A DNA stretch of 64,000 bases from NCBI GenBank assembly GCA_040386535.1, contig JAZKFH010000015.1:188800-252799 (forward strand), in the 5' to 3' direction. This DNA comes from Myxococcota bacterium (lineage in GTDB: Bacteria > Myxococcota_A > UBA796 > SXON01). Position numbers and translations under genes: made by a program. The notes under the pieces were generated by a model. The model searched no databases. It was not told the origin of the DNA and saw only the letters and a list, made by a program, of their open reading frames with translations. Shown one piece after another: positions 36,072-46,191 of this stretch; position 1 is the first letter of the stretch; each line of letters starts with the position of its first letter.

Positions 36072-37934
36072 CTACCCGGGCGAGAAGATGAAGGGGTACG
36101 ACACGATGACGATGCCGCCGCCCTTCGGCTCGGGGAACTGGAACCGCATGAACCGGCCGTTGATGCAGGACTCGACGGCGGGGTTGTTCATCGTGGTGGT
36201 CTTGGTGGTCGCGGACGACACCGTTCCATCCTTGGCGATGACGAACTTCACCGTGATCTTGCCACCCAGCGAGGGGTTCTTGGTCAGCTCGCGCTGGTAG
36301 CAGTAGCGGATCTGGCTCATGTTGCGCTTAATGACCGCGTCGATGAGCGACTTGTCGAGCGCGCCGAGGATGATGGGGTCGCCACCGACGGTGCCGATGC
36401 CGCCGTCACCCTTGGTGCCGAAGTTGCCGCCGCCCGAGCCGTAGCCCGAGGCCCCCGACCCACGGCCCTTGGTGCCGAGCCCGCCGAGCCCTTCGGCCGT
36501 GCCGCCGCCGCCGAGCCCGGACCCACGGGCGCCGAGGCCGCCGGAGCCAATCTGCGTGCCCTTGGCGCCGATGAGGCCGCCGATGCCGCTCATCATGTCG
36601 GCGTTGAGGCCGGTGGCGCCGAGCATGCTGTCGAGCGCGGAGTCGTCGCGGAGGGCGCCGAGGACACCGGCGTTCTCGGCGACTTCCTTGTCCAGCTGCT
36701 GCTTCTGCATCTGGACCTTGTCGCCCTTCGCCTTGTCCATCTTCGCGTCTTTCTTGCCGACCTTGCCCTCTTCCTTCTTGGCCTTGGCGCCCTCGCCCGC
36801 GTCCGGGTTGTCGTCGCGCTTCTTCTCGTCCTTGATCTCTTCCTTCTTCTCGAGGAGGAGCTCGACCATGTGGTCGTCGAGGAGGTTGTTCGAGCTGTCG
36901 GGCGGCGGCGGCATGACGGCGATCGCGACGCCGAACATGAACGTCACGAACGTCATGAACGCGATGATGCCGAGGAAGGGGTAGTCGATGTCGGTGCCGA
37001 ATTTGCCGACGGCCTTCTTGCCCGGGTACGCCTGGTGGGCGACGAAGATCGTGTTCCCGAGGTCGACGACGAGGCGGGCGTCTTCCGGGATCTGCACGGT
37101 GATGGTGCTGCCCGACTTCTTCGCCTTGCCGTCGGCGACGAGCTCGGCGAACGTGCGGCGGGTCTCGCCGATGTCGACGAAGCCGGCCCACTTGTCGCTG
37201 GCGTTGCAGACCCACTGCCCGCCGAGGTTCTGGAAGAGGACGTAGTTGTCGGCCGGGAGGAACTCGACCGGGACGAAGAAGCCGTTCTTGGCCGACGCGC
37301 GCTCGTCGAGGCCGACGATGGGGAGCGTGGCCGATCCGACGACGACGCTGCCGGCGGCGCCGAAGTGCTTGATGTCGAGGACGGCATCGCCGAAGACCTG
37401 GGCCACCTCGAGGTGACGGCCGCGCGAGCGGTCGGACGCAGCGTCGGTCGCCGAGGCGCTGGCACGCATCACGAAGGCCATCACGTCTTCCGCGGGCTCG
37501 TCATCGCCCGCGAACACCTGGGCCTCGGGGGCCTCGGAGGCGGCATCCAAACCGGAGTCGGCTTGCATGGCGGGGGAGTCCACGCGGGTGGCCTCGTCAT
37601 CCGCGAACGCGGCGGAGTCGGTGATGCGGACGACGACGCGCACCGCGCCGAAGCCGAGCGTGTCCCCGTTGGAGAGCACGACGTTGCTCACCGAAGCGCC
37701 GTTCACCTGGGTGCTCTGGTCGCCCACGAGGTCGAGCAGCTGGACGGTGCCGTCTTCGTTGACGTTGAGCACGGCGTGCAGGTCCTGCAGCGAGGGGTCC
37801 TCGATGCGCAGCATCGCGGCGGGGCCCTTGCCGATGGTCACGCTCTCGGCAGAGAGCTCCTCGCGACGGAGGAACTCGCCACCATTGAAGATCTCGAAGG
37901 TGAGGACGAGCGAACCGGGGGACGAACCGGCCAT
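36072..37934 (-). CDS. gltG: GltG/PglI (NfsG)-like protein: FHA domain, TM, Gly-rich linker, TonB-C-like domain
   Basis: FHA-like VTIGKG..LHAV..VNG, AGEGAKAKKEEGKVGK, IRYCYQRELTKNPSLGGKITVKFVI, PEPKGGGIVIVSYPF. Confidence 0.9.
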   Translation of the reverse strand: MAGSSPGSLVLTFEIFNGGEFLRREELSAESVTIGKGPAAMLRIEDPSLQDLHAVLNVNEDGTVQLLDLVGDQSTQVNGASVSNVVLSNGDTLGFGAVRVVVRITDSAAFADDEATRVDSPAMQADSGLDAASEAPEAQVFAGDDEPAEDVMAFVMRASASATDAASDRSRGRHLEVAQVFGDAVLDIKHFGAAGSVVVGSATLPIVGLDERASAKNGFFVPVEFLPADNYVLFQNLGGQWVCNASDKWAGFVDIGETRRTFAELVADGKAKKSGSTITVQIPEDARLVVDLGNTIFVAHQAYPGKKAVGKFGTDIDYPFLGIIAFMTFVTFMFGVAIAVMPPPPDSSNNLLDDHMVELLLEKKEEIKDEKKRDDNPDAGEGAKAKKEEGKVGKKDAKMDKAKGDKVQMQKQQLDKEVAENAGVLGALRDDSALDSMLGATGLNADMMSGIGGLIGAKGTQIGSGGLGARGSGLGGGGTAEGLGGLGTKGRGSGASGYGSGGGNFGTKGDGGIGTVGGDPIILGALDKSLIDAVIKRNMSQIRYCYQRELTKNPSLGGKITVKFVIAKDGTVSSATTKTTTMNNPAVESCINGRFMRFQFPEPKGGGIVIVSYPFIFSPG

Positions 37935-38043
37935 GGGAATCCCTTGTGGCCGTAGGTACGGCCCCTGAGGTTGCGCGCCCTTGTGGAGCGGGCGCTGGAC
38001 GGGGCGGGAGCCCCGTGAGTGGGATGCGAAGGCTGCCTGGAGG

Positions 38044-38322
38044 CTACTTCACTTCGTCGACGGATTGCTCCATCTCGGCGTTGAAGTCCTCACGCAGCTT
38101 GATGAGGGGGTTGAAGCTCGCCTTCTTGCGGTCGAGCACGAGCGCGCTGGACGGCTTCACGAGCTCGCCGTTCACGTCGAGACCTTCGAAGTCGATCTCG
38201 GTCTTCTGCTTGTAGGAGACCTTGCGGCCCTCGGCTTCTTCTTCCTGCGCGAAGGCGGCGCCGGAGAAGACGCCCGCGAAGGCGCTGACGAGGACGAGGC
38301 GAGAGAGGAGAGTACGAGTCAT
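38044..38322 (-). CDS. gltF: GltF/CglF (NfsF)-like small exported protein
   Basis: Signal AFA-Q, YKQKTEIDFE...GELVKP, LIKLREDF. Confidence 0.85.
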   Translation of the reverse strand: MTRTLLSRLVLVSAFAGVFSGAAFAQEEEAEGRKVSYKQKTEIDFEGLDVNGELVKPSSALVLDRKKASFNPLIKLREDFNAEMEQSVDEVK

Positions 38323-38578
38323 GGAAGGCTCCCGATGAGGTTGCGAAGCCGGACGAGGGCTGGGGCGCTGCGGGCACATTCTCGCGTGCCCGGAAGCATA
38401 GGACAATAGGACGTTGCCGGGGTTCCGGTCAAACTTCTGTCTAGCGGATGTTCCTCTGCCGCTCGCATGGAACCGTGGTGGACCCCGGAACACGGGCATC
38501 AACCCGAAACCATTGGGTGAAGTGGCGAACGGCTGTCATCGGCGTCTCCCGGGCGGCGCGGGCGAGGGGAGGGGAACC

Positions 38579-38619
38579 AAAAACCGAAAGCCCCGCTGCG
38601 AGCATGCTCGCGGCGGGGC
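38579..38619 (-). terminator. Intrinsic terminator after gltE
   Basis: Long GC stem at 38590-38619 followed on the minus strand by TTTCGGTTTTT. Confidence 0.75.
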
Positions 38620-38639
38620 CTGTCGGTCACGGTCCGGGG

Positions 38640-40115
38640 CTACTGGGGCGCGGGGGCCGGGGGAGCCTCGGGAGCGGGCGCAGGAGCCGTGCCAGCGCCC
38701 GCGGGAGTGCCGTCGGCGGGGGGCGTGGCGCCCTCGGCGGGAGCCGGCGCGGCAGTGCCGCACTCGGCCTTGGCGACTTCGAGCTGGGCGATCGAGTCCG
38801 TCACGAAGGTCTCCATGTCGCCCACCATGCCGAGATCCTTCTCGGTGATGACCGGCTCGGCCTGCTCGATGACCATCTGCGCCATCTGGCCGGCTTCCGT
38901 GGCGAGGAGGCACTCGTTCTTGAGATCGGCCTTCATCTTCGCGATGTCGTCCGCCATCTTCTTGAGCTGCTTCTCCTGCCGGTCCTTGCGCTCGTCGGCG
39001 ATCCGCTTCTCTTCGGCTTCCTTGGCCTTGCGCGCGCGCTCGATCTCGCGGTCCTTCTCGACCGACGCGAGCCAGACGAAGAACTCGTCGTTCGGGGACA
39101 ACGTGGCCCCCGAGCCCTTCTGGAAGTCCTCGAGGACCTTCTTCGCCTTGTCGAAGTTCTTCGTGTACTTCTGGTACAGCATCGTCGCGTTGTAGGCGAG
39201 GACGCGGTTGCCCGGGTCCTTCGCGAGCAACGTGTCGTAGATCTTCGTGGCGGCGTCGTAGTCCTGCACGCCACGGAGCGAGATGGCGTAGCCCATCTGC
39301 GCGTCGGCGTTGCCGGGGTACTGCTTGACCACGGCCTCGAAGCAGGTCTTAGCGAGCACGTAGTCACCCGAGTCCAGGGCGATGTAGCCGAGGTTCAGGT
39401 TCGCCTGCATGTTGCCGGGGTCGACCTTGATCGCGGTCTTGAACTCCTCGATCGCGGCGGCCTCGTTGCCCTTCTGCAGCTGGATGACGCCCATGTTGTT
39501 GTAGATGCCGGGGTCGGCGTCGTTCAACGTCTTGGCCTTCTGCGCGCAGAGCAGGCTCATCTCGAAGTTGCCCTGCGCGTAGTAGGCGCTGGACAGGTTC
39601 CGGTAGGCGCCGACGTTCTTCGGATCACGCGCCAGGATCTCCTGGGCTTGCGCGATCGACTCGTCGTACAGCTTGGCGTTCGTCAACACGTCGACCAGGT
39701 TGGCGCGCGCCTGCAGGTCGGTCGGGTTCTTCTCGATGAAGCCCTTGTAGAGCTCGATCGCCTCGGGGCTCTTGCCGGTCTGACCGAGCACGAGGCCGAG
39801 GTTGAAGAGCGCCGAGTTGTATGTCGGCTGCAGCTCGAGAGCCTTGCGGTAGTAGGACTCGGCCTTCGCGAGGTCACCGGTGCGCTCGGCACAGTAGCCC
39901 GCGTTGTACCAGGCCTTGGCGAACGCCGGATCCGCCGTGGTGGCGGCCTCGAACTTGGCCTGAGCCGCCGCGTAGTCGACCGACGTGGCCTTGAGCAGGG
40001 CCACACCTTCGGTGAAGGCCTGCTTGGGGTTTACGGTCTGCTCCGTCGGGTCGGTCACGACAGTCTTCGGACCGCAGCCCGCGGCGAGGAGGACAATGAT
40101 GGGGAGGATGCGCAT
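38640..40115 (-). CDS. gltE: TPR lipoprotein GltE/AglT (NfsE)-like
   Basis: LAAGC lipobox, multiple TPRs, C-terminal coiled coil; lies between gltD and gltF. Confidence 0.8.
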   Translation of the reverse strand: MRILPIIVLLAAGCGPKTVVTDPTEQTVNPKQAFTEGVALLKATSVDYAAAQAKFEAATTADPAFAKAWYNAGYCAERTGDLAKAESYYRKALELQPTYNSALFNLGLVLGQTGKSPEAIELYKGFIEKNPTDLQARANLVDVLTNAKLYDESIAQAQEILARDPKNVGAYRNLSSAYYAQGNFEMSLLCAQKAKTLNDADPGIYNNMGVIQLQKGNEAAAIEEFKTAIKVDPGNMQANLNLGYIALDSGDYVLAKTCFEAVVKQYPGNADAQMGYAISLRGVQDYDAATKIYDTLLAKDPGNRVLAYNATMLYQKYTKNFDKAKKVLEDFQKGSGATLSPNDEFFVWLASVEKDREIERARKAKEAEEKRIADERKDRQEKQLKKMADDIAKMKADLKNECLLATEAGQMAQMVIEQAEPVITEKDLGMVGDMETFVTDSIAQLEVAKAECGTAAPAPAEGATPPADGTPAGAGTAPAPAPEAPPAPAPQ

Positions 40116-40124
40116 CGTGTTCTC

Positions 40125-43100
40125 TTAGGGCTCGGATTCGATGGTACCGGCGAAGGTCGAGGGCGCCGAGTAACGGGGCTCCGGGATCTTCTCGAACAGG
40201 CCCGGGAAGTCGTCGGGGCGCAGGACGCCCAGGCGACGGGTCGCGTTCGCGGTGTTGTCGTTGTACAGGTTGAGCTCGTAGGACTTCTCGAGCGCCGCCG
40301 AGTAGGCCGCGGCCGCCTTCTCGATCTGCGGGTACGCCTTGTCCTCGAGCGCCATCGTGTAGAGCTCCTTCTGGTCCGCCGTGAGGTAGGTCGGGATCCA
40401 GGAGCCCTTGAGCGACTCGCTGAGGTTCTCGTAGGCCGACCCGAGGCGGGCCAGGGCCGCGAGACCCCACTCACCGGCGCCGGTGCCGATGATGCCGGCG
40501 TAGGTCTTCTCGACCTCGCTCATCGCCTTGACCTTGGACACGAGCTGGTCGGTCAGGAGCTTGTCGGTCTGCTTCTGGTTCAGCTTCTTGTCGCCGGGGC
40601 CGCTGATCTTCATCGCCATGTACGACTGGTACTGGGGCTCGGCGAGGATGTACATGATCTGCGCCACGTACTCGACGGAGAGCTCGAAGGTCGCGCCGGC
40701 CTTCTTCTGGGCCTCGAAGAACGCGACGGTCTCCTTCCAATGGGTGCCGACCTTGGCGCCCTGGCCGAGCTTGTCCATCAGGAGGCCGTAGTGGAGGCGG
40801 GCGTACATGAGTTCGTCGAGCGAGCCCATGACCTGCGGGGGCTGGCCCTTCGCGGCCGGCTTCGGCGTGTAGAACTCGAGGTAGACCTTGGAGGCCTCGG
40901 CCCACTTCTCGTGCTCTTCGTAGATGCGCGCGATGTCGAGCTTGATGCCGTTGAGGTTGGGCTTGTCCTTGAACTCCGTGATGTACATCTGGTAGTTCTT
41001 GACCGCCTGCTCCCACTGCCCGAGCGAGTTGCGGAACAACGCCGCCGAGTAGAGCGCGTCGGACGCGCCCGGATGCGCCCGGTCGAGCGTGAACAACTTC
41101 TCGTACCAGTTCGCGGCCTCGCCAAAGTTGGCGATCGACTCGTAGTCGAAGCCCAACGCGGCGACCTGGTCCTTGTAGAACTTGGACTTGGGGAACTTGT
41201 CGACGATGACGTGACGGACCTTCATCGAGTCGGTCACGTTGCCGAGATCACGGTAGTAGACCGCGGCGTTGTTCAACGCGAGGTCGGCGTTCTGCGAGGA
41301 CGGGAACTCCTGGTAGAAGGCCCAGTAGTCGGCCGCGCCCTGCTTCTTGTCCGAGGTCTTCTTGAAGTTGATCTCGATGAACTTCAGCGAGGAGTTCTCG
41401 TAGATGCCGTAGACCTCCTTCTTGAAGGAGTCGGAGCCGAGCCCGGCCTGGTCGTAGTAGAACTTGCTGTTCTTCTTCAGGTTGTCCCAGTCCTCGACCA
41501 GCGCGAAGCTGTCGAGGATGAGGTTGGCCGCCTGCTCGGCTTCCTTGGACTTGGGGTCCATGGAGATGACGACGTTGAAGCGCTCGGACGCTTCCTTGAA
41601 CTGATTCTTGTTGTAGAGGAGGTACGCCGATTTGTAGATGATCTGGCGCGCCTTCGGATCGGTGGGGAAGAGCTCGCGGAACTGGTCCAGCGCCTTGAGC
41701 TGCTTCTGCTCCCAATCGGAGAGGGGGATCGCGTCGGTCTTCTTCCCGGGGTCGGGACCGCCGGTGCCGGCGTTCTTGGCCTCGCGCTTGATCATCTCCT
41801 CGGCGGCGAAGATGGCGGACTCGGCGCAGAAGCGCGAGTGCTGGCCCTTCGTGTCGATGCTGACGACCTTCATGTACTGGTCGTACGCGGAGTCGAACTT
41901 CTTGATCGTGTACAGCAGCTCGGAGTACGAGTACCGCACCTCGTAGCTGTACTTGGAGTCCGGGAACTCCTGGATGTAGACCTCGTAGGCCTTCTCCGCG
42001 AGCGCGTAGGTCGCGGCGGCCTGGGAGCCGGTCTTGAGCTTCTTGGCTTCGTTGTGGTAGTTGATGGCTACCGTACGGAGGCCCTTCTCGATGAACTCTT
42101 CGGCGGTCTTGACGGCGTCCTGGTTCGACGCGTTGGTGCGCGCCCAGGAGCTCTGCTTGCCGTAGTTCTTGAGGAGACGGTCGATCTCGGCGAGCGTGTC
42201 CTCCTTCTTGCCCATCTTCGTGTAGGCCTGGATGATCTCGTTCTGGAAGTCCGGGGCGGCGGGGCCGGCCGGATCCTCCGCGATCAAGCGGCGGTACGTC
42301 TGGATGGACGACTCGAACTTGCCCTGCTCGAAGTAGGTCGACGCGAGACGCTTGAGCATGTCGCGGATGAGCTCTTTCTTGCCGAGCTTGTTGAAGTACT
42401 CGTAGGCCTCGTCCATCTCGCCGGCGTCGGCGAAGAAGCGGACGAGATCCTTGAGCGCTTCATCCTGGAGCTGGAGGGTCTTCATGACCGGCTTGCCGTC
42501 GGCTCCGACGGCGCCCTCGCTCATGGAGTACGACACGACCGCCTTCATCTTGTCGATGGCGGTCGGGTAGTCACCCACGTTGTAGTAGCACCACGCGAGC
42601 TTGTAGTTCGCGAAGGCGTACTTCTCGTGATCCTTGTACGCCGCGGCCTTCTGGTAGGCGTTGAGCGCCTTGTAGGCCTCGTTCTTGTCGAACCAGTACT
42701 CGCCGATGAGCACGTAGGCGTCGGGGACGAACCGGCTCTCGGGGTAGGTCTTCACCAGCTTGGTGAACTCGGCGTTCGCCGGGTCGGTCTGTCCGGTGTC
42801 GGAGAGCGCCTGCCCGAGGTAGAACGTCGCCTCGTCGGCGCGTTGGTACTGCGGGTAGCTGGCGAGGATCTGCTTGTAGAGCTTGATGCTCTTGTCCTGC
42901 CAGCCGCGCGACTCCTTGACGTAGTCGGCCTGCTTGATGTTGTCGGTGTTCCCGTTGGGCTTGTTGAACTCTTCGTCAACCGCCTTCTGGAAGACGCCCA
43001 TCTCCGTGAGGTAGAGCTCACGGCCCTCCTCGAAGTAGAGGTCCGCGAGGCGGAGGAGCATCTCCGCCTTCTGGTCACCCGACGCCGTGGTGTTGGAGAT

Positions 43101-43334
43101 GATCTCCTTCAACCGGGAGATCGACTCGAGGCGCGCCTGGCGGGCGGCGGCCCGCAGGGCCTCCGACTGCTGGGAGGCAGCGTCGACGTCCGTGGCCTTG
43201 AGGACACGGCGCTCGGCCTTCTGGTCGCGGCTCTGGGCGTAGGCTGCGGTGGGTGCGAGGGTCGCCTCGAGGGCACTTGCTCCCAGGAGGAGGCTCAGCG
43301 CGAGGCCGACGCGAGGAGAAAACATGCGTTCCAT
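40125..43334 (-). CDS. gltD: Large TPR protein GltD/AgmU (NfsD)-like
   Basis: Signal peptide, AEMLLRLADLY, YKLAWCYYN, EALKDLV, C-terminal LEDKAYPQIEKA...YN. Confidence 0.82.
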   Translation of the reverse strand: MERMFSPRVGLALSLLLGASALEATLAPTAAYAQSRDQKAERRVLKATDVDAASQQSEALRAAARQARLESISRLKEIISNTTASGDQKAEMLLRLADLYFEEGRELYLTEMGVFQKAVDEEFNKPNGNTDNIKQADYVKESRGWQDKSIKLYKQILASYPQYQRADEATFYLGQALSDTGQTDPANAEFTKLVKTYPESRFVPDAYVLIGEYWFDKNEAYKALNAYQKAAAYKDHEKYAFANYKLAWCYYNVGDYPTAIDKMKAVVSYSMSEGAVGADGKPVMKTLQLQDEALKDLVRFFADAGEMDEAYEYFNKLGKKELIRDMLKRLASTYFEQGKFESSIQTYRRLIAEDPAGPAAPDFQNEIIQAYTKMGKKEDTLAEIDRLLKNYGKQSSWARTNASNQDAVKTAEEFIEKGLRTVAINYHNEAKKLKTGSQAAATYALAEKAYEVYIQEFPDSKYSYEVRYSYSELLYTIKKFDSAYDQYMKVVSIDTKGQHSRFCAESAIFAAEEMIKREAKNAGTGGPDPGKKTDAIPLSDWEQKQLKALDQFRELFPTDPKARQIIYKSAYLLYNKNQFKEASERFNVVISMDPKSKEAEQAANLILDSFALVEDWDNLKKNSKFYYDQAGLGSDSFKKEVYGIYENSSLKFIEINFKKTSDKKQGAADYWAFYQEFPSSQNADLALNNAAVYYRDLGNVTDSMKVRHVIVDKFPKSKFYKDQVAALGFDYESIANFGEAANWYEKLFTLDRAHPGASDALYSAALFRNSLGQWEQAVKNYQMYITEFKDKPNLNGIKLDIARIYEEHEKWAEASKVYLEFYTPKPAAKGQPPQVMGSLDELMYARLHYGLLMDKLGQGAKVGTHWKETVAFFEAQKKAGATFELSVEYVAQIMYILAEPQYQSYMAMKISGPGDKKLNQKQTDKLLTDQLVSKVKAMSEVEKTYAGIIGTGAGEWGLAALARLGSAYENLSESLKGSWIPTYLTADQKELYTMALEDKAYPQIEKAAAAYSAALEKSYELNLYNDNTANATRRLGVLRPDDFPGLFEKIPEPRYSAPSTFAGTIESEP

Positions 43335-43419
43335 GAATCGGACTCCTTGTCCACAACCGACGGGTCGACCGCAGGTCAGGGGCGCGCCGAGGCCGCCCAG
43401 GATGAAGGGGAGGAGAGGG

Positions 43420-45303
43420 CTACTTGCAGGACCCCTGCTCGGTGTACCGATAGTACCCGAGCTCGTCCTGCCAGAATTCGCCGTTGAACGGCCAGTAGAT
43501 CTTGTTGGCCGAAGTGCCGTAGTTGATGTCCACGTCCTTCGAGAGGTCCGACAGGTCGGGGGTGGACATCATGTAGTTGAGGATGCCGCGCTTGGCGTCG
43601 ATGACCTCGAACCGGATGATCTCCGCCTGGGTCAGCAGGTCCCCGACGTAGGTGGTCATGGTGACCATCTCCTGGAGGAGCGCCAGACCAGCGCGACGCT
43701 TCAGACGCTCGCGGTCCTCGGAGATGACCTTGTGGAGCTGTTCGCCCACGCCGTCCTTCCACTGGGACTTCTGCGAGTCGATGAGCGCCTCTTCGCGCTC
43801 CATGACCTCGAGGTGCGTCACGATGCCCGCGAGCTCTTGATCCCGCAGCACGCGCGTGAACATCGACTTCGGGAGCACGGTGTCCGCGGCCTTGGGGCCG
43901 AAGTACCGATCGTACGCCTGGTCGGCGAGCTTGCGGCCCTCCTCCGTGGAGTACTGCTTGAGGAAGTCCTTCATCTCGGCGTGCATCGGGCGGTAGCGCG
44001 CGTCGAAGTCGAGGAGGATGCGATCGACGTCGTCGTACTCGCAGAGGTTGAAGAACGTCAGCGCGCGGAGGACCGTGGCCTCGGGAACGAACTCGTCCTT
44101 GTTGTAGAACGGGCTCTCGAGGGTGAGGAGCTGGCCGAGCGTCAGGTTCAGGTCGGAGAGCATGAAGTTCGCCCACGCGCTCTCGAACAGGCTCTGCGGC
44201 CAGTAGCGGGAGTCGCGCGCCACGTACGCGTAGTACGTGTTGGCGTCCTTGAAGTTCTCGATGCTGTAGTAGATGCGCGCGATGTTCATCAGCGACAGAT
44301 CGCGGAGGCGATCGAGCTCTTCGAGCTCCTGCTGCGTCGAGGCCGAGGCCTCGGTGCGGGCCACGTCGGTGAAGGAGCGCACGGCGCTCTTCAGCTTGCC
44401 CTGCTTGTTGTAGATGACGCCTTCGAAGTACTTCGAGCGCGTGTACAGGTCGGACTTGTCCGAGACCTGGCCGAAGTACTTGCGCGCCTCGGTGAGCTTC
44501 TCCTGCTCGTAGAGCCGCACACCCAGCAGGTAGTAGAGCTGGTTGCGCGCGGAGCGGGGAAACTCCTCGGGCGGGATCTTCGCCACGATGCGGGCGAGAT
44601 CGGACTCGTCGCCCGTGTACTTGGCGATGCTCACCAGCTTGGGGAGCGCGTACTTGAAGTAGGGGTTGGACGGCCCCTTCTTCAATACTTCGATGAAGTA
44701 GTATTGGGAGGAGTGGTACATCTCGAGGTCGTAGAGCGACCGTGCGAGGTAGTACAGGATCTTGCTCTCCTTGTCCGGGTACTGGTTCTCCTGCAGCATC
44801 CGGTGGAGCTCGTAGCTCGCCGTGAGCGGCTTCTTGGCGTTGTACGCCTTGACCGCGCTCTCGAGGCCCTCGGGGTCACGCCCCTCGTCCTCGCTCTCGC
44901 CGTTCTCGTCGGGCGAGTCCTGGAGGGTCTTGCTGCCAGACTTCTTGGCGCCGATCGCCTCGGTGTTCTGGTACTCCTCGTCCTCGGCCTTGCCGCCCGA
45001 CTTGGTCGCCTTGGTGGTCTCCCCGCGAACGGGATCGGCCTCCTCGTCAGGCGTGTCTTTCTGCATGAGGGCCTTCGCCGCGGCGATGACCTCGGCCGGC
45101 GCGCCCTCGTTGGTGAGGCAGCGAACGTCGTCCGACGAGAACTGTTGCCCGGCGTCGTCGATGGTCTGCACCACGATGGACGCAGGCACGTTGACGTTCA
45201 CCATGTTCATGATCTCTTCGCACGACAACGCGTGTGCGGACGGAGACCAGAGCAGGGCGAGGGCGAGCGCGGGAGCGAGCGGAAGGAGGTTCGACTTCAT
45301 CAC
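43420..45303 (-). CDS. gltC: TPR protein GltC (NfsC)-like
   Basis: LFESAWANF, LESPFY, C-terminal YWPFNGEFWQDELGYY signature. Confidence 0.85.
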   Translation of the reverse strand: MMKSNLLPLAPALALALLWSPSAHALSCEEIMNMVNVNVPASIVVQTIDDAGQQFSSDDVRCLTNEGAPAEVIAAAKALMQKDTPDEEADPVRGETTKATKSGGKAEDEEYQNTEAIGAKKSGSKTLQDSPDENGESEDEGRDPEGLESAVKAYNAKKPLTASYELHRMLQENQYPDKESKILYYLARSLYDLEMYHSSQYYFIEVLKKGPSNPYFKYALPKLVSIAKYTGDESDLARIVAKIPPEEFPRSARNQLYYLLGVRLYEQEKLTEARKYFGQVSDKSDLYTRSKYFEGVIYNKQGKLKSAVRSFTDVARTEASASTQQELEELDRLRDLSLMNIARIYYSIENFKDANTYYAYVARDSRYWPQSLFESAWANFMLSDLNLTLGQLLTLESPFYNKDEFVPEATVLRALTFFNLCEYDDVDRILLDFDARYRPMHAEMKDFLKQYSTEEGRKLADQAYDRYFGPKAADTVLPKSMFTRVLRDQELAGIVTHLEVMEREEALIDSQKSQWKDGVGEQLHKVISEDRERLKRRAGLALLQEMVTMTTYVGDLLTQAEIIRFEVIDAKRGILNYMMSTPDLSDLSKDVDINYGTSANKIYWPFNGEFWQDELGYYRYTEQGSCK

Positions 45304-46175
45304 TTCATGCCCGGGAGAAAGAAGGCTACGCTGGCCTGGACGATGAAGTTGTTCTTCATCTCCAGCGTGGTGGAGTTGACGGTCTCGATGTAGGACATCG
45401 ACTTGCCCTCGACGCGGGCCGTGACGCCCTGGCTGAACGCGATGCGGGCGCCGCCGCCCACGATCGTGGTGGGGTGCACCTGGTTCTGCGTGAGGACCGC
45501 GGAGTCATCCGTGTTCTGGAGGGCGACGAGGTCGTCCTGCGTCGCGGTGACGCCGAGGCCGAAGTACCCGAAGATGTCGAACGCGATGATCTTCCGCCCG
45601 ACGGCGACCTTGCCGTAGATGGGCGAGAACGCCATCGCGAGGCTGCCGTTCGCGGTGAGCTTCGAGATGTCGGGGGACACGCTGTTCTCGATCAGGAGCT
45701 GCTTGGAGAGCGGCTTCCAGTCCGGATCGTTCTCGCCACCCTGGCCGAGGATCGGCGCGTACCCGAGCTGAAGCTCGAGCGCGAGCACCTCGGTCATGTG
45801 GTAGTCGAAGATGCCGTTGACCATGTAGCGGTTGAGGAACGGATCGTTCGCGACGAAACCCAGGCCGAACCCCGCTTCGTAGCGGTGGATCTTCATGAAG
45901 TTCTTCTTCTGGATCGTCTTGATGATCTTGCGGCGCTTGTCGTCTTCGCCGGGGAGCGAAGGCGCGGCGTCGACCGGAGCACCCTTCTTGACCGAGTCGC
46001 GCTCGGACTTCACGGAGTCCTCGGGCAGGTCCTCGTCTTCTTCGTCCTGCACCAGGGCGTCGGAGGACACGGAGGTGACGGTCACGGGCGCGGGGGCGAC
46101 GGTCGGCTCCTCGGCACGAGCAGTGCCGAGGGAGAGCGCGAGCAGCGGGAGGCTGAACATGAAGCTGGACATCAA
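45300..46175 (-). CDS. Outer-membrane beta-barrel, GltA/GltB family (gltA by position); start uncertain
   Basis: IKTIQKKNFMKIHRYE, NDPF, FSPIYGK, FDIF. Confidence 0.82.
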   Translation of the reverse strand: MMSSFMFSLPLLALSLGTARAEEPTVAPAPVTVTSVSSDALVQDEEDEDLPEDSVKSERDSVKKGAPVDAAPSLPGEDDKRRKIIKTIQKKNFMKIHRYEAGFGLGFVANDPFLNRYMVNGIFDYHMTEVLALELQLGYAPILGQGGENDPDWKPLSKQLLIENSVSPDISKLTANGSLAMAFSPIYGKVAVGRKIIAFDIFGYFGLGVTATQDDLVALQNTDDSAVLTQNQVHPTTIVGGGARIAFSQGVTARVEGKSMSYIETVNSTTLEMKNNFIVQASVAFFLPGMK

Positions 46176-46191
46176 GTGTGCTCTCCCGACC

